Source of the DNA: a virus
Virus record (IMG/VR): IMGVR_UViG_3300031566_000001
Location: 1-64,000 of that record
Strand: one strand, 5' to 3'
Length of the DNA stretch: 64,000 bases
This document shows, one piece after another, positions 9,205 through 18,476 of this stretch (the first letter of the stretch is position 1; every line of letters begins with the position of its first letter). A program made the position numbers and the translations under genes. Below the pieces are notes generated by a model, which worked only from the letters and a program-made list of their open reading frames with translations, was not told the origin of the DNA and made no database searches.

Positions 9205-9540
9205 ATGGTTGCCGACAGCGTGAGGAGAAACGTGAGGAGAAAGAGATATGCGGTAGCAGCGCGTATGGTTGTATACCATACCATAGCCTATGGGTTGCTG
9301 CTGCCCCTAGCGGTGCTGACAGGCCTTCAGAAGATCTGGATACGGATCGCTGAGTGGGCATTCGGGTTGGTCGTCAGCCGGGAATATGCCGAGGACACAT
9401 ATCTGAGCTGGGTTCTTATTTGGCTGCGGGTAACGGGTTTCCGGGAGAACAAGCCTGGCATCCTTGGTTACATGCCACCAGGTCATAGCGTGTGGGACGT
9501 GTTGGATCAGTTTAAAGATCACTTTGGAGAGTTAACATGA
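9205..9540 (+). CDS. hypothetical protein, possibly membrane-associated
   Basis: SD GGAGG then ATG; hydrophobic segment. Confidence 0.45.
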   Translation: MVADSVRRNVRRKRYAVAARMVVYHTIAYGLLLPLAVLTGLQKIWIRIAEWAFGLVVSREYAEDTYLSWVLIWLRVTGFRENKPGILGYMPPGHSVWDVLDQFKDHFGELT

Positions 9541-9890
9541 CAGACGCCCAAGGGCACAGCATAGACATCCCTGTGGCGAGCGTCATCAAGGACGTCAAGG
9601 TCAATGTGAAGCTCACGGGCTTCCGCCGCTGGCATATGCGTCTGCGGATTGGCCTGGTGCTGATGCGGCTCGCTATCTGGATATCAGGCATGGGATGCAA
9701 TGTGGAGGAACCGCCTGATGAGCCGGACGCCACACATGATGAATCCTTTGGCAGTGATGAGCATCTTACTGAGCGCGGCAAGGAATCTATTGGGACGCTC
9801 AGGCAGATGAGAGCCAAGGGCTATCCACGTTCACGGATTCAGCGTTTCTTAGATCACGATATAGGGAGATGTCATGCCAGCCACGATTAG
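9537..9890 (+). CDS. hypothetical protein
   Basis: Translationally coupled ORF; contains direct repeat X (9689-9712). Confidence 0.5.
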   Translation: MTDAQGHSIDIPVASVIKDVKVNVKLTGFRRWHMRLRIGLVLMRLAIWISGMGCNVEEPPDEPDATHDESFGSDEHLTERGKESIGTLRQMRAKGYPRSRIQRFLDHDIGRCHASHD

Positions 9891-10299
9891 AGGGGTTGTT
9901 GGGAGATTAAGACTTCAGTACTATATCCTCAAGGACCCGCGTTTTGCTGCTTGGTACTCAGGCCGGATCATTCAAAAGGATTTTCACGTCCCGACCCGCC
10001 CATCGGATATCAGGTTCCCGATTCACCATCCACAAACTGGGGAGCCAATTAAGGATTGTATCCAGTATGCTGTTGTAGGAGTATTGCAAGCCGTTGAGCA
10101 AGCAGATGAACGCGGCAATAGTGGTGATCACATCCGGTTATGGTTACTCACGGAGCATTGGAGCTCAATGGTTGAGGCGTTCAAGGGCAATTTTGACTAT
10201 GCGCCCCAATATGATGGGCAGGAAACAGCCCAATTAATGTTTGATGGCAATATGGCTGAGGCCTGGAAGCTGGCTTTGGATGATAGAAATGCCCCCTAG
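9874..10299 (+). CDS. hypothetical protein (moron)
   Basis: SD GGGAG; lower GC; ends in direct repeat Y. Confidence 0.5.
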   Translation: MPATIRGVVGRLRLQYYILKDPRFAAWYSGRIIQKDFHVPTRPSDIRFPIHHPQTGEPIKDCIQYAVVGVLQAVEQADERGNSGDHIRLWLLTEHWSSMVEAFKGNFDYAPQYDGQETAQLMFDGNMAEAWKLALDDRNAP

Positions 10300-10332
10300 A
10301 ATCCGCCATGGGATGCAAAGTGGAGGAGCCAG

Positions 10333-10635
10333 GTGAAACAAGCGCTTCGGATTAAGTTCAATGCCTTGGGGAGATGGGAAGAAGAACCTGTTCATCCTAA
10401 AGAAGACTGGACGGGTCTAGGAGAACACAGTTTCTCGTACGGCGACTCCGGTGTTTTCTTCATTTGTTCATCATACTGCATGATGTGTGGAGAGAAGAAG
10501 GATGTTGCAGCATTTGACACATCCACTGGTGAGTATGCACCGTGCTTCATATGTCGGGATTGCATAAATGCCGCCTTTGACCGCTACGCAACAGGCGAAC
10601 GCACGGAGAAACCAGAAAATGGAGAGCATTCTTAG
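10333..10635 (+). CDS. hypothetical protein with CxxC...CxxC Zn ribbon
   Basis: CMMC...CRDC; SD GGAGGAG. Confidence 0.5.
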   Translation: MKQALRIKFNALGRWEEEPVHPKEDWTGLGEHSFSYGDSGVFFICSSYCMMCGEKKDVAAFDTSTGEYAPCFICRDCINAAFDRYATGERTEKPENGEHS

Positions 10636-10763
10636 CGCGGTCAGTTGGTTATGGGTTTGTTGGAATAGGTTACTGTGCTTGTTTGGTCATCATGCCTGGA
10701 TAAATCGCGGTTCATGGCCTCGTTCATATTACCTTTGCGAGTGGTGCGAAAAGGAGCCACAGG

Positions 10764-11270
10764 ATGCCCCCTAGAATCCGCCTTGAGCGCATCGGGTCTG
10801 ACAAGCCCATCGTGGACACCGCCAAACTCCTGCGGGGCCTGGAGCGGGCCGTAGATGACACCACGGCCATAGTGGAGTCCAATTTCAAGGCCACGACCAA
10901 GACCTGGAGGCACAAGGTCCGGTTCAAGCGGCGCAAGGCAGCAAGGCGTGGCAACGTGATTGAGGGCGACGTGACCACAGACGATGAGATATACGGCTAT
11001 GTCACAGGTGGCACCAGGCGTCACCTCATACCGAAACGGCCCTTGCCACAGGGTAGGTCTCTCCGCTTCCGCGGTGGCAAGTACGGGGCCAAGACGCGGC
11101 CCAGGGTGCTCGGCTCGCACAAGGGCGGGGCGGGTGGTGCCTTTGTGTTCCGGAAGCAAGTTATGCACCCCGGCACGAAGGCCAGGGAGTTTGAGCAGGA
11201 GATCGCCTTGCGGCGTCAGAGGAACCTCCATAACTTCGTCATCAGGGCGTATGCGGAGGCCAGGAAGTGA
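10764..11270 (+). CDS. HK97 gp10-like neck/tail-completion protein
   Basis: YGYVTGGTRRHLI...LRF...FVFRKQVMHPGTKAREF motif; basic. Confidence 0.65.
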   Translation: MPPRIRLERIGSDKPIVDTAKLLRGLERAVDDTTAIVESNFKATTKTWRHKVRFKRRKAARRGNVIEGDVTTDDEIYGYVTGGTRRHLIPKRPLPQGRSLRFRGGKYGAKTRPRVLGSHKGGAGGAFVFRKQVMHPGTKAREFEQEIALRRQRNLHNFVIRAYAEARK

Positions 11271-11512
11271 GCGGCCAAGTATGGTCAGATTCTTACATTG
11301 TGACCGATGAGCCGGGCATATTCAGACAAGGCAGCCGGTTCTTCACCCTAGCCCAGGTCATCAATGGGTTGTGCAACCTTCTGGTGGCGATATACTGGAA
11401 GGATTTGCGCCTGGGGCAGAACGAGTGGCTGCAAGTAACCTTCATGCCGGAAACTAAACGATGGAACTTCTGCGTCAAGGCAGAATGGACGGTAGGAGAG
11501 GCCAGGAAGTGA
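11267..11512 (+). CDS. hypothetical protein flanked by a 15-bp direct repeat
   Basis: GAGGCCAGGAAGTGA at 11256-11270 and 11498-11512. Confidence 0.5.
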   Translation: MSGQVWSDSYIVTDEPGIFRQGSRFFTLAQVINGLCNLLVAIYWKDLRLGQNEWLQVTFMPETKRWNFCVKAEWTVGEARK

Positions 11513-11703
11513 CGACAAAGGTTTGGAGTCCGGAGCTGGCTAAAGAGCTTGAGGAGAGTGATAGGCAGTTCCTAATGGAATGGCGGCGTACCTTGCTAGC
11601 TCAGGTAGACGCCATTGAGCGCAGGCTGAAACTCCAGCCCACGACAGCAGACTTGCGCAAGCAAGCAAAGTGTGATAAGGTCTTTGTCAAGTCAGGGCCA
11701 TAA
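11509..11703 (+). CDS. hypothetical protein
   Basis: GTGA-coupled start, helical 64 aa. Confidence 0.45.
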   Translation: MTTKVWSPELAKELEESDRQFLMEWRRTLLAQVDAIERRLKLQPTTADLRKQAKCDKVFVKSGP

Positions 11704-11783
11704 TCAATCCAGGCTTCCCGAAAGGTACGCCGTCTATCAGGTGGCCGTCCGCAAGGTGCGCCGCCAAGAGGCGGCGTTTTCTT

Positions 11784-14273
11784 ATGGAGCAGGGACCGCA
11801 GGGGTTGTACCTCAAGCCGCCACATGGGGAGCTATCCCACAGCGGCGTTAAGACCGCATTGGCCAAGGCGAGGGAGTTTGGTTTCGAGGGCCAGCCCTTT
11901 GCATTGTGCTCGGGATTGTACGGCTATGGTGATCTGGTCCTGGGAGACCCGGAGGCGGTGGGCGTCGATGAGTTCGATGCGCGGTTTAGTGAGCACCGGG
12001 TATCCGTCAAGGAGCGGTTGAAGTGGTGGCCTGATGTCACCGAGTTGTTCCTGTACGCCTACAAGGAATGGGTGCCCTATGGGAAGCCAAGGCGGGTCGA
12101 AGTACCCGCACAGGTGCAGACGCTGATGGGGCCGATACGGTTTCTGGACGAGGAGGCAGGCATGGGAGAGGGCGTGGTAATCAACGTCAACACAGCGGGC
12201 GCGGCTCCGAAGGTTACGGAGGACGTGGCCCTGATGAAGGCTATGGCTGGCGATGGTGAGGCCATAGCGGAGCTTGAAGAGGGGGAAGGCCTCAAGGTCT
12301 GGGCACCGGCAGATGCAACCGGGCACACGGAGGCAGCGGACACCCCCAAGAAGAAACGTCAATGGGCCAGCACGGCCAACAGTGCGCGGAGCACTTGCAT
12401 CGATGCCATATCCGGAAAGGCCACGGCTGCGCAGATAAAGGCGTGTGAGGGCAAAGCTGTCAGGATAGCCAACGATGCTGTCAAGAGTGCAAGTGAGAAT
12501 CCCGATGGGGAGAAGGACATCAAGGTCAAGGACCTGCGCAGTGAGAAGGCCCAAGGTGAGATGGACCTGATGGAGATTAACGAGGCGGTATGGGAGGCTA
12601 TAAATCCCCCCCGTTCATCTGACGCTACTGTTGGTGTGGTGAATAGACCCTACCCGCGGGACGTGGATGTCTACGACAGCTATGTCACGTATGAACTGGA
12701 GGGCAAGAACTACGTACGCACCTACACCATAGTAGACGGTAAGGCCCAGTTGGGTGAGGCGGTGGAGGCCGAAGTAATAGTCAGGCCGGTCGTCAAGGCT
12801 TTTGATGAAGGCTACAAGGCCGAGCTGATTCAGGAGTTTGACGCCCTGGAATTGGGCGACAAGGTCTTGGGTGATGATGAGAAGGCCGCATTGACCTCTG
12901 CACAGCGCCGGGCTTTGCCGAACAGTGCTTATGCCTGGGTAGAGACCGGTGAGGGCTGCGAGAAGGTAGACGGCAAGACGCCGGAGAAGTGCCGCCACCT
13001 CCCCTACAAGAAGGCCGACGGGAGCCTGGACTGTGCCAGGGTACGCAATGCCAGGGCCAGGATACCGCAGATGAGCGGGGTGCCTCAGGCTGCCACGGAT
13101 AAGATCGAGGGGGCACAGAAGAAGTGTACCAAGGAGAAGAGCTTGTCAACGTCACTGAGAGCCCAAGCGAACAAGGCACTAGAGGGCATGGTGGGCCTGT
13201 GGAGGGCTGTGACTGGTGACGACAAGCTCCTGGAGGGCGAGACCGGGTTCAAGGCATTTAAGGGAGTAGACGGCAAGACCTACATCCTCACGTGGACGAC
13301 TAATGCTTTCATGGACCGGGACGGTGAGATATTCACCACCAAGTCCATTGAGGACTATGCGGACCGGGCCTGGCAGGAGATTCAGACCACGGGCAGCAAG
13401 GGGCAATATGACTGCTGGCACATACCCGGCAGTGAGTTCGCTGACATCATGTGGGCCGGAGCAGAGGGCCGGTATCTGGTGGAGATGGGCACCTTTCATA
13501 ACGACGGGGTAGGGAAGGCGTTCGAGACATTCTTCACGGAGTGCCCGGAGGCCCAGAAGGAGATTGCCCCTGACGGCTGGGGGGTCTCCCACAAGTTCAC
13601 TTTCAGGCCTGGGGATCGGGACGATGGGGTGTTCGATTGGTTTGACAAGAGCCGTACTTCGGTTCTGTCAATTCACCGGGCTGCCAATCCGTACACAGCT
13701 ATGGAGGTGCTTCAAATGAGTTTGGATGAAGAACAAATCAACGTACTCAAGACAATTGGTGAGGCCGCGGACGTGGACTTGCTGAGCATGGTGCAGGAGG
13801 CCGGGGCCGCATCTAAGACCCTTGAGGAGGCCGGGGTGGCTCACAAGAGCGCCGATGAGAAGCCTGCGGGGGAGCAGGAAGCGGCAGAGAAGCCAGCCAG
13901 TGAAGACAGTGATGAGACCGCCGACGTGCCGGTCAATGATGTAGCGCAGCGTGTGGCCCAAATCATGGGCTTGAAGGAGCTGAGCGAGATGCTCCAGGAC
14001 ATCAACGGACGCCTGACCGAAGTGGAGAAGGGCGACGAAGAGAAGGGGAAGCGCCTGATCGAAGTAGAGAAGGGCGACGATACGAGGTTAGCGGAAAAGA
14101 AAGCCTGGCAGCCAAGTGTGGTGTGGCTCCGTCCCTCCACGGCTAACAGTACCCTCCTTGATGAGAGCAAGGACAAGGGTTTGACCGACAAAAAGCCGAG
14201 GGTCCCCAATGCCATTCAGCAAGTTTCCAAGACGATATTGGGGAACCCAGTAGCGGGAGGTAGGACATCATGA
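11784..14273 (+). CDS. multidomain prohead protease/scaffold protein
   Basis: Immediately upstream of MCP; protease-like TNAFMDRDGEIF...WH...WGVSHKF; acidic coiled-coil C-terminus; extra N-terminal modules (ASCH-like, ChaB-like, RRALPNSAYA...LPY...RVRNARAR). Confidence 0.7.
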   Translation: MEQGPQGLYLKPPHGELSHSGVKTALAKAREFGFEGQPFALCSGLYGYGDLVLGDPEAVGVDEFDARFSEHRVSVKERLKWWPDVTELFLYAYKEWVPYGKPRRVEVPAQVQTLMGPIRFLDEEAGMGEGVVINVNTAGAAPKVTEDVALMKAMAGDGEAIAELEEGEGLKVWAPADATGHTEAADTPKKKRQWASTANSARSTCIDAISGKATAAQIKACEGKAVRIANDAVKSASENPDGEKDIKVKDLRSEKAQGEMDLMEINEAVWEAINPPRSSDATVGVVNRPYPRDVDVYDSYVTYELEGKNYVRTYTIVDGKAQLGEAVEAEVIVRPVVKAFDEGYKAELIQEFDALELGDKVLGDDEKAALTSAQRRALPNSAYAWVETGEGCEKVDGKTPEKCRHLPYKKADGSLDCARVRNARARIPQMSGVPQAATDKIEGAQKKCTKEKSLSTSLRAQANKALEGMVGLWRAVTGDDKLLEGETGFKAFKGVDGKTYILTWTTNAFMDRDGEIFTTKSIEDYADRAWQEIQTTGSKGQYDCWHIPGSEFADIMWAGAEGRYLVEMGTFHNDGVGKAFETFFTECPEAQKEIAPDGWGVSHKFTFRPGDRDDGVFDWFDKSRTSVLSIHRAANPYTAMEVLQMSLDEEQINVLKTIGEAADVDLLSMVQEAGAASKTLEEAGVAHKSADEKPAGEQEAAEKPASEDSDETADVPVNDVAQRVAQIMGLKELSEMLQDINGRLTEVEKGDEEKGKRLIEVEKGDDTRLAEKKAWQPSVVWLRPSTANSTLLDESKDKGLTDKKPRVPNAIQQVSKTILGNPVAGGRTS

Positions 14274-15769
14274 GCGGTCAATTGGACCAGAGCCAAATGG
14301 TAGCCCTGGGGCAGGCCATTGCCCAGGGAATGATGCAGAGCGGCCTGGTGCAGGGCCAGAAGTACGCCACCGGGACGCCGACGACCAACTGGATCCACGG
14401 TCCGGGCGGCATTTTGGGTTCGTCTGCTCTGGACCAGCAGATTATCAGCGCACGCATCACGCCGATGGGTCTCAGCTCGGTGCTCCCGGTGAATATGAGC
14501 CGGGATACCAACCCCGAGTACGGGTTCATCACGGGCATGTCGTCTAGCGGTGAGGCGGAGCCAAGCGGGGTTTGCGCGGACTGCCCTTCGGGGATCACAC
14601 AGTCCTGCATCCAGACCACACAGTTTGGGCGCGTCTGCCGCGAGACCAAGGAGCTGGACATCGACCGGACCATCGAACGCATCAATCGTGGCGAGATCGA
14701 CTACCAGCTCATCAATGACATCCTGGGCCTCCAGCCCGCAGACGTCTTCCGAGCCATCACCCAGCCGGACTACCGGACCGTGCTCAATGTCGCTACGGCC
14801 TGGGGCATGGTGGAGGTCGGAGGCCAATTTCAGCAGGTGCTGGTGCCCATGACCTTCCAGGGCAACCCGGTAAACAACACAGCCGGGGGAGGGTACAAGG
14901 AGTTCGCGGGGCTGGATCTGCTCATCAGCACCAACTACGTTGACGCCTACACGGGAGCCAATTGCGCGGCCTTGGACGCGGATGTCAAGACATTCAATTG
15001 GGCGGACGTGAACTCCGTGGACGCCAACGGGAACTTCACCATCGTGTCTCAACTGTCCTGGATGGAGGAGTACGTTCACCGCAACGCCAGGCGCATGGGA
15101 CTCATGCCCGCTTCTTGGGTATGGGTGATGCGTGAGGAGTTGTGGTATATGCTCACGGAGATTTGGCCTACGGCATACTACACCAGCCGTGGCCTGACGG
15201 CGGTGCCGCCGGGGGTTTCCGTGAACGTGGACGGGGTAGACCTGACCCAGTTGCGCGATACCATGCGCGCCGGGATGTTCCTTGAGATCAATGGGCGCAG
15301 GCACCCCGTGGTCATAGATGACGGGATCGTGGAGTACAATGAGGCCACCGGCCAGGGCAACCTTGTGGCCGGCGACTTCGCCAGCACCATTTACCTGGTG
15401 CCCGTTACCGTTGCAGGTGGCACGCAGGCCACCTTCTACGAGACCAAGGATTATCGGTTCACGGCGGCGGAGATGGCCGCTGCGCCGGGCGGACTGCTCC
15501 AGGACCAGTTCTGGACGGACGATGGCCGGTTCCTGTGGACCCTGGACCGCCAGTTGTGGTGCTACATCCTGGCGGGCAAGATCGAGCCGCGGATCATACT
15601 GCGGACTCCCATGCTGTCGGGCAAGCTAGAATACGTGAAGTACACGCCTGTGCAGCACTTCAGGGATTTCGATGAGGACAGCGACTACTTCCTCAAGGGT
15701 GGTGTACCTTCCAGGCCAGCCCCGAGTTTCTGGGGTACTTGGAACCTGCCTGCGACCTATAGTCGCTAG
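14270..15769 (+). CDS. major capsid protein
   Basis: 499 aa after protease/scaffold; strongly GC3-biased codons; GYKEFAGLDLLI motif; followed by a hairpin. Confidence 0.8.
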   Translation: MSGQLDQSQMVALGQAIAQGMMQSGLVQGQKYATGTPTTNWIHGPGGILGSSALDQQIISARITPMGLSSVLPVNMSRDTNPEYGFITGMSSSGEAEPSGVCADCPSGITQSCIQTTQFGRVCRETKELDIDRTIERINRGEIDYQLINDILGLQPADVFRAITQPDYRTVLNVATAWGMVEVGGQFQQVLVPMTFQGNPVNNTAGGGYKEFAGLDLLISTNYVDAYTGANCAALDADVKTFNWADVNSVDANGNFTIVSQLSWMEEYVHRNARRMGLMPASWVWVMREELWYMLTEIWPTAYYTSRGLTAVPPGVSVNVDGVDLTQLRDTMRAGMFLEINGRRHPVVIDDGIVEYNEATGQGNLVAGDFASTIYLVPVTVAGGTQATFYETKDYRFTAAEMAAAPGGLLQDQFWTDDGRFLWTLDRQLWCYILAGKIEPRIILRTPMLSGKLEYVKYTPVQHFRDFDEDSDYFLKGGVPSRPAPSFWGTWNLPATYSR

Positions 15770-15785
15770 TGACGGTTGACAAAGA

Positions 15786-15808
15786 TGGGGGCGGTTCTTC
15801 CGCCCCCA
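15786..15808 (+). terminator. GC hairpin after MCP (terminator or mRNA stabiliser)
   Basis: TGGGGGCGG-TTCTT-CCGCCCCCA; weak U tract. Confidence 0.5.
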
Positions 15809-15830
15809 CATACCCAAAGGAGCGGGTCTG

Positions 15831-18470
15831 ATGCGTGTCCAGATGGTGCCGGGGGAACGGTTTTTCCGTTCGCATGAAAGCGGCATAAAAAGGGTCGTGG
15901 AGGCGTACTGCAAGCACCTGCCGGAATTCGGCATAGAGATAGTCACCGAGGACGTGAAGGACTACGATGTCAAGGCGGTGCACGCAGGGATGGCCCCGGA
16001 TTGCGACGTGGCTCATCTGCATGGTCTTTACTGGACTTCTGATTATGAGGCCTCTGCTTGGGAGTGGAAGGCCAACAGCGGCGTGATCGGTAATCTCCGC
16101 GTAGCCAGGGAGGTTACAGTACCCTCGGAGTGGGTGGCCATGACCATCAGGCGGGATATGCGCATTCAGCCCCACGTGGTGCCTCACGGCATCGAGTGGG
16201 ATGAGTGGGCACATCACCACGAGAAGAGCGGCGGCTACGTGCTATGGAACAAGAACCGGGACGCCGACGTGTGCACGCCGTGGCCGATGGCGGACCTGGC
16301 CAAGACGGCGCCGGAAGTGAAGTTCATATCTACCTTTGCGCCACCCAATGCGCCCGATAACGTGGAGGTCATCGGGTTGCAGCCCTACGAGGGCATGAAG
16401 CTGTTGGTGCAGGGCGCGGGGGTCTACCTGAGCACGACCAAGGAGACGTTCGGGATCGGCATCCTGGAGGCGATGGCGGCGGGGGTGCCGGTGCTGGGGT
16501 TTGCGTGGGGCAATATCGGGAACCTGGTGCACCACCAGGTCAACGGCTGGCTGTCTATGCCGGGGGACTTCGACCATCTACGTGAGGGGTTGGAGTACTG
16601 CGTGCAGCACCGGGAGCGGCTGGGTGAGGCTGGCCGCGAGATGTCCAAGCACTACCGCTGGAGGGAGGTCTGCAAGCAGGTGGCGGGGGTCTACGAGCTG
16701 GCGGCGCGGGAGCATCTGGCGAACGTGGCGGTGATCATCCCCAGCCACAACTACGCGGACCGGGTGGGGCAGGCCATAGAGAGCGCCCTGGCACAGACCT
16801 ACAAGGGCCTGACGAACGTAGTAGTGGTAGATGACGGGAGTGAGGACGACGGGGCCACGGGGCAGGTTGTGGCAAAGTATGAGGAGCAGGACAGCCGGGT
16901 GCGGTACATCAAGCAGCAGAATCAGGGTGTGGCTGTGGCGAGAAACAGGGGCATTGACAGCGTCGATACGGAATACGTCTGTTGCCTGGATGCGGACGAT
17001 GCCATAGCGCCTGAGTTCCTGAGCAGGTGCATCAGCCCGTTGGAGGAGGACCGGTCTTTGGGGCTGTCGTTTACGGGCCTGTGGGCAGTGACCCCGGACG
17101 GGAAGGCAGGTCAGTCCCAATGGCCTGACGGCTACGACTTCGAGCAGCAGTTGGCGCGGCGTAACCAGGTGCCCACGTGCTGCGTGTTCCGCCGGGAGGC
17201 CTGGAAGCGGCTGGGCGGATACCGGAAGCGGTACTGCCCAAACGGCGCGGGCAGCGAGGATGCGGAGTTCTGGACTCGGATGGGGGCCTATGGCTGGGGT
17301 GCGGTGCAGGCCACCAAGGAGCCGCTGTTCATGTACGCCCTGGGCACAGGCCACGTGACGGCGCTCCTAAAAGAGGGCAACTATCAAGAGCCGGACTGGC
17401 TGGCCTGGCACCCCTGGGTTCAGGATAGGCAGTTTCCTCTTGCTTGTCTGGCAGAGCCGAAGCGGTTCAGTCATCCGGTGCGGGCTTATGACACGCCGTG
17501 GGTGAGTGTGATCGTGCCTGTGGGTCCGGGCCATGAGGAGATCGTGGTTGACGCCCTGGACAGTTTGGAGGCGCAGACCTTCCGGCAGTGGGAGTGCGTG
17601 CTGGTGAATGATACGGGGCAGCCCCTACCTGAGCAGCTATTGAGGGCATACCCCTACGTGACACTGGTGGAGACGCCGGGGAACAAGGGCGCGGGTTATG
17701 CGCGAAATAGGGGCGTGGAGGTAGCGAGGTCTCCCTTGCTCACCTTCCTAGATGCAGACGATTACATGCAGCCGGAGTTCCTGCGGGTATGCGTGGAGAC
17801 TAGGTTGCAGACTGGCAGTTGGATCTATACTGATTTGTGGTCGGCATGGCCCAACGGCGAGATCCACGAGTACCAGGTGGATGACTTCGACGTGACTAGC
17901 TTGTGGCAGGACGGCTTGGGGGCGGTGACAGTGATTATTGACCAGGCCGAGTTTCAGGCCGTGGGTGGCTTCGACGAGGAGCTGGACACGCGGGAGGATT
18001 GGGATTTTCAGTTCAAGCTAGCCATGGCGGGCTTTTGCGGTGTGCGTGTGCCTCAGCCCTTGGTGACCTACCGCCTCGCTACGGGGGAGCGCAGGGAGAA
18101 ACAGGCTAGTGATACCGCGGCCATGCTGAGGGAGAAATATGACCTGGAGGGCTTAAAGGTGGCGTGCAAACCATGTTCACAGAATGCCAGGGTTATGAAT
18201 ACCGTGTTGCCGCAGAGCTGGAGCACCAAGGAGGAGGAAGGGTTCGTACAGTTGAAGTACGTGGGCAAGAACCGGGCCACCTCTACATTCAAGGGTGTTT
18301 CAGGGCGCAATTACCGGTTCGGGAACAACGATGATGCGCGGATTGCCTGGGTGCATCCGGAGGATGCTATCAACCTTGTAGACGTAAAGCACCAACCATT
18401 TGAGCGCGTGCAAGCGTTGACCCAGACGCAGGGTCTGCCTACGGCGCTGATGGCCCCGGTTTCAGGATAA
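15831..18470 (+). CDS. triple glycosyltransferase (GT4 + GT2 + GT2) with small C-terminal domain
   Basis: GT4 ETFGIGILEAMAAGVPV; GT2 VIIPSHN..VVVDDGS..ARNRG..LDADD; second GT2 VIVPV..VND..ARNRG..LDADD..EDWDF. Confidence 0.9.
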   Translation: MRVQMVPGERFFRSHESGIKRVVEAYCKHLPEFGIEIVTEDVKDYDVKAVHAGMAPDCDVAHLHGLYWTSDYEASAWEWKANSGVIGNLRVAREVTVPSEWVAMTIRRDMRIQPHVVPHGIEWDEWAHHHEKSGGYVLWNKNRDADVCTPWPMADLAKTAPEVKFISTFAPPNAPDNVEVIGLQPYEGMKLLVQGAGVYLSTTKETFGIGILEAMAAGVPVLGFAWGNIGNLVHHQVNGWLSMPGDFDHLREGLEYCVQHRERLGEAGREMSKHYRWREVCKQVAGVYELAAREHLANVAVIIPSHNYADRVGQAIESALAQTYKGLTNVVVVDDGSEDDGATGQVVAKYEEQDSRVRYIKQQNQGVAVARNRGIDSVDTEYVCCLDADDAIAPEFLSRCISPLEEDRSLGLSFTGLWAVTPDGKAGQSQWPDGYDFEQQLARRNQVPTCCVFRREAWKRLGGYRKRYCPNGAGSEDAEFWTRMGAYGWGAVQATKEPLFMYALGTGHVTALLKEGNYQEPDWLAWHPWVQDRQFPLACLAEPKRFSHPVRAYDTPWVSVIVPVGPGHEEIVVDALDSLEAQTFRQWECVLVNDTGQPLPEQLLRAYPYVTLVETPGNKGAGYARNRGVEVARSPLLTFLDADDYMQPEFLRVCVETRLQTGSWIYTDLWSAWPNGEIHEYQVDDFDVTSLWQDGLGAVTVIIDQAEFQAVGGFDEELDTREDWDFQFKLAMAGFCGVRVPQPLVTYRLATGERREKQASDTAAMLREKYDLEGLKVACKPCSQNARVMNTVLPQSWSTKEEEGFVQLKYVGKNRATSTFKGVSGRNYRFGNNDDARIAWVHPEDAINLVDVKHQPFERVQALTQTQGLPTALMAPVSG

Positions 18471-18476
18471 GGGGAG

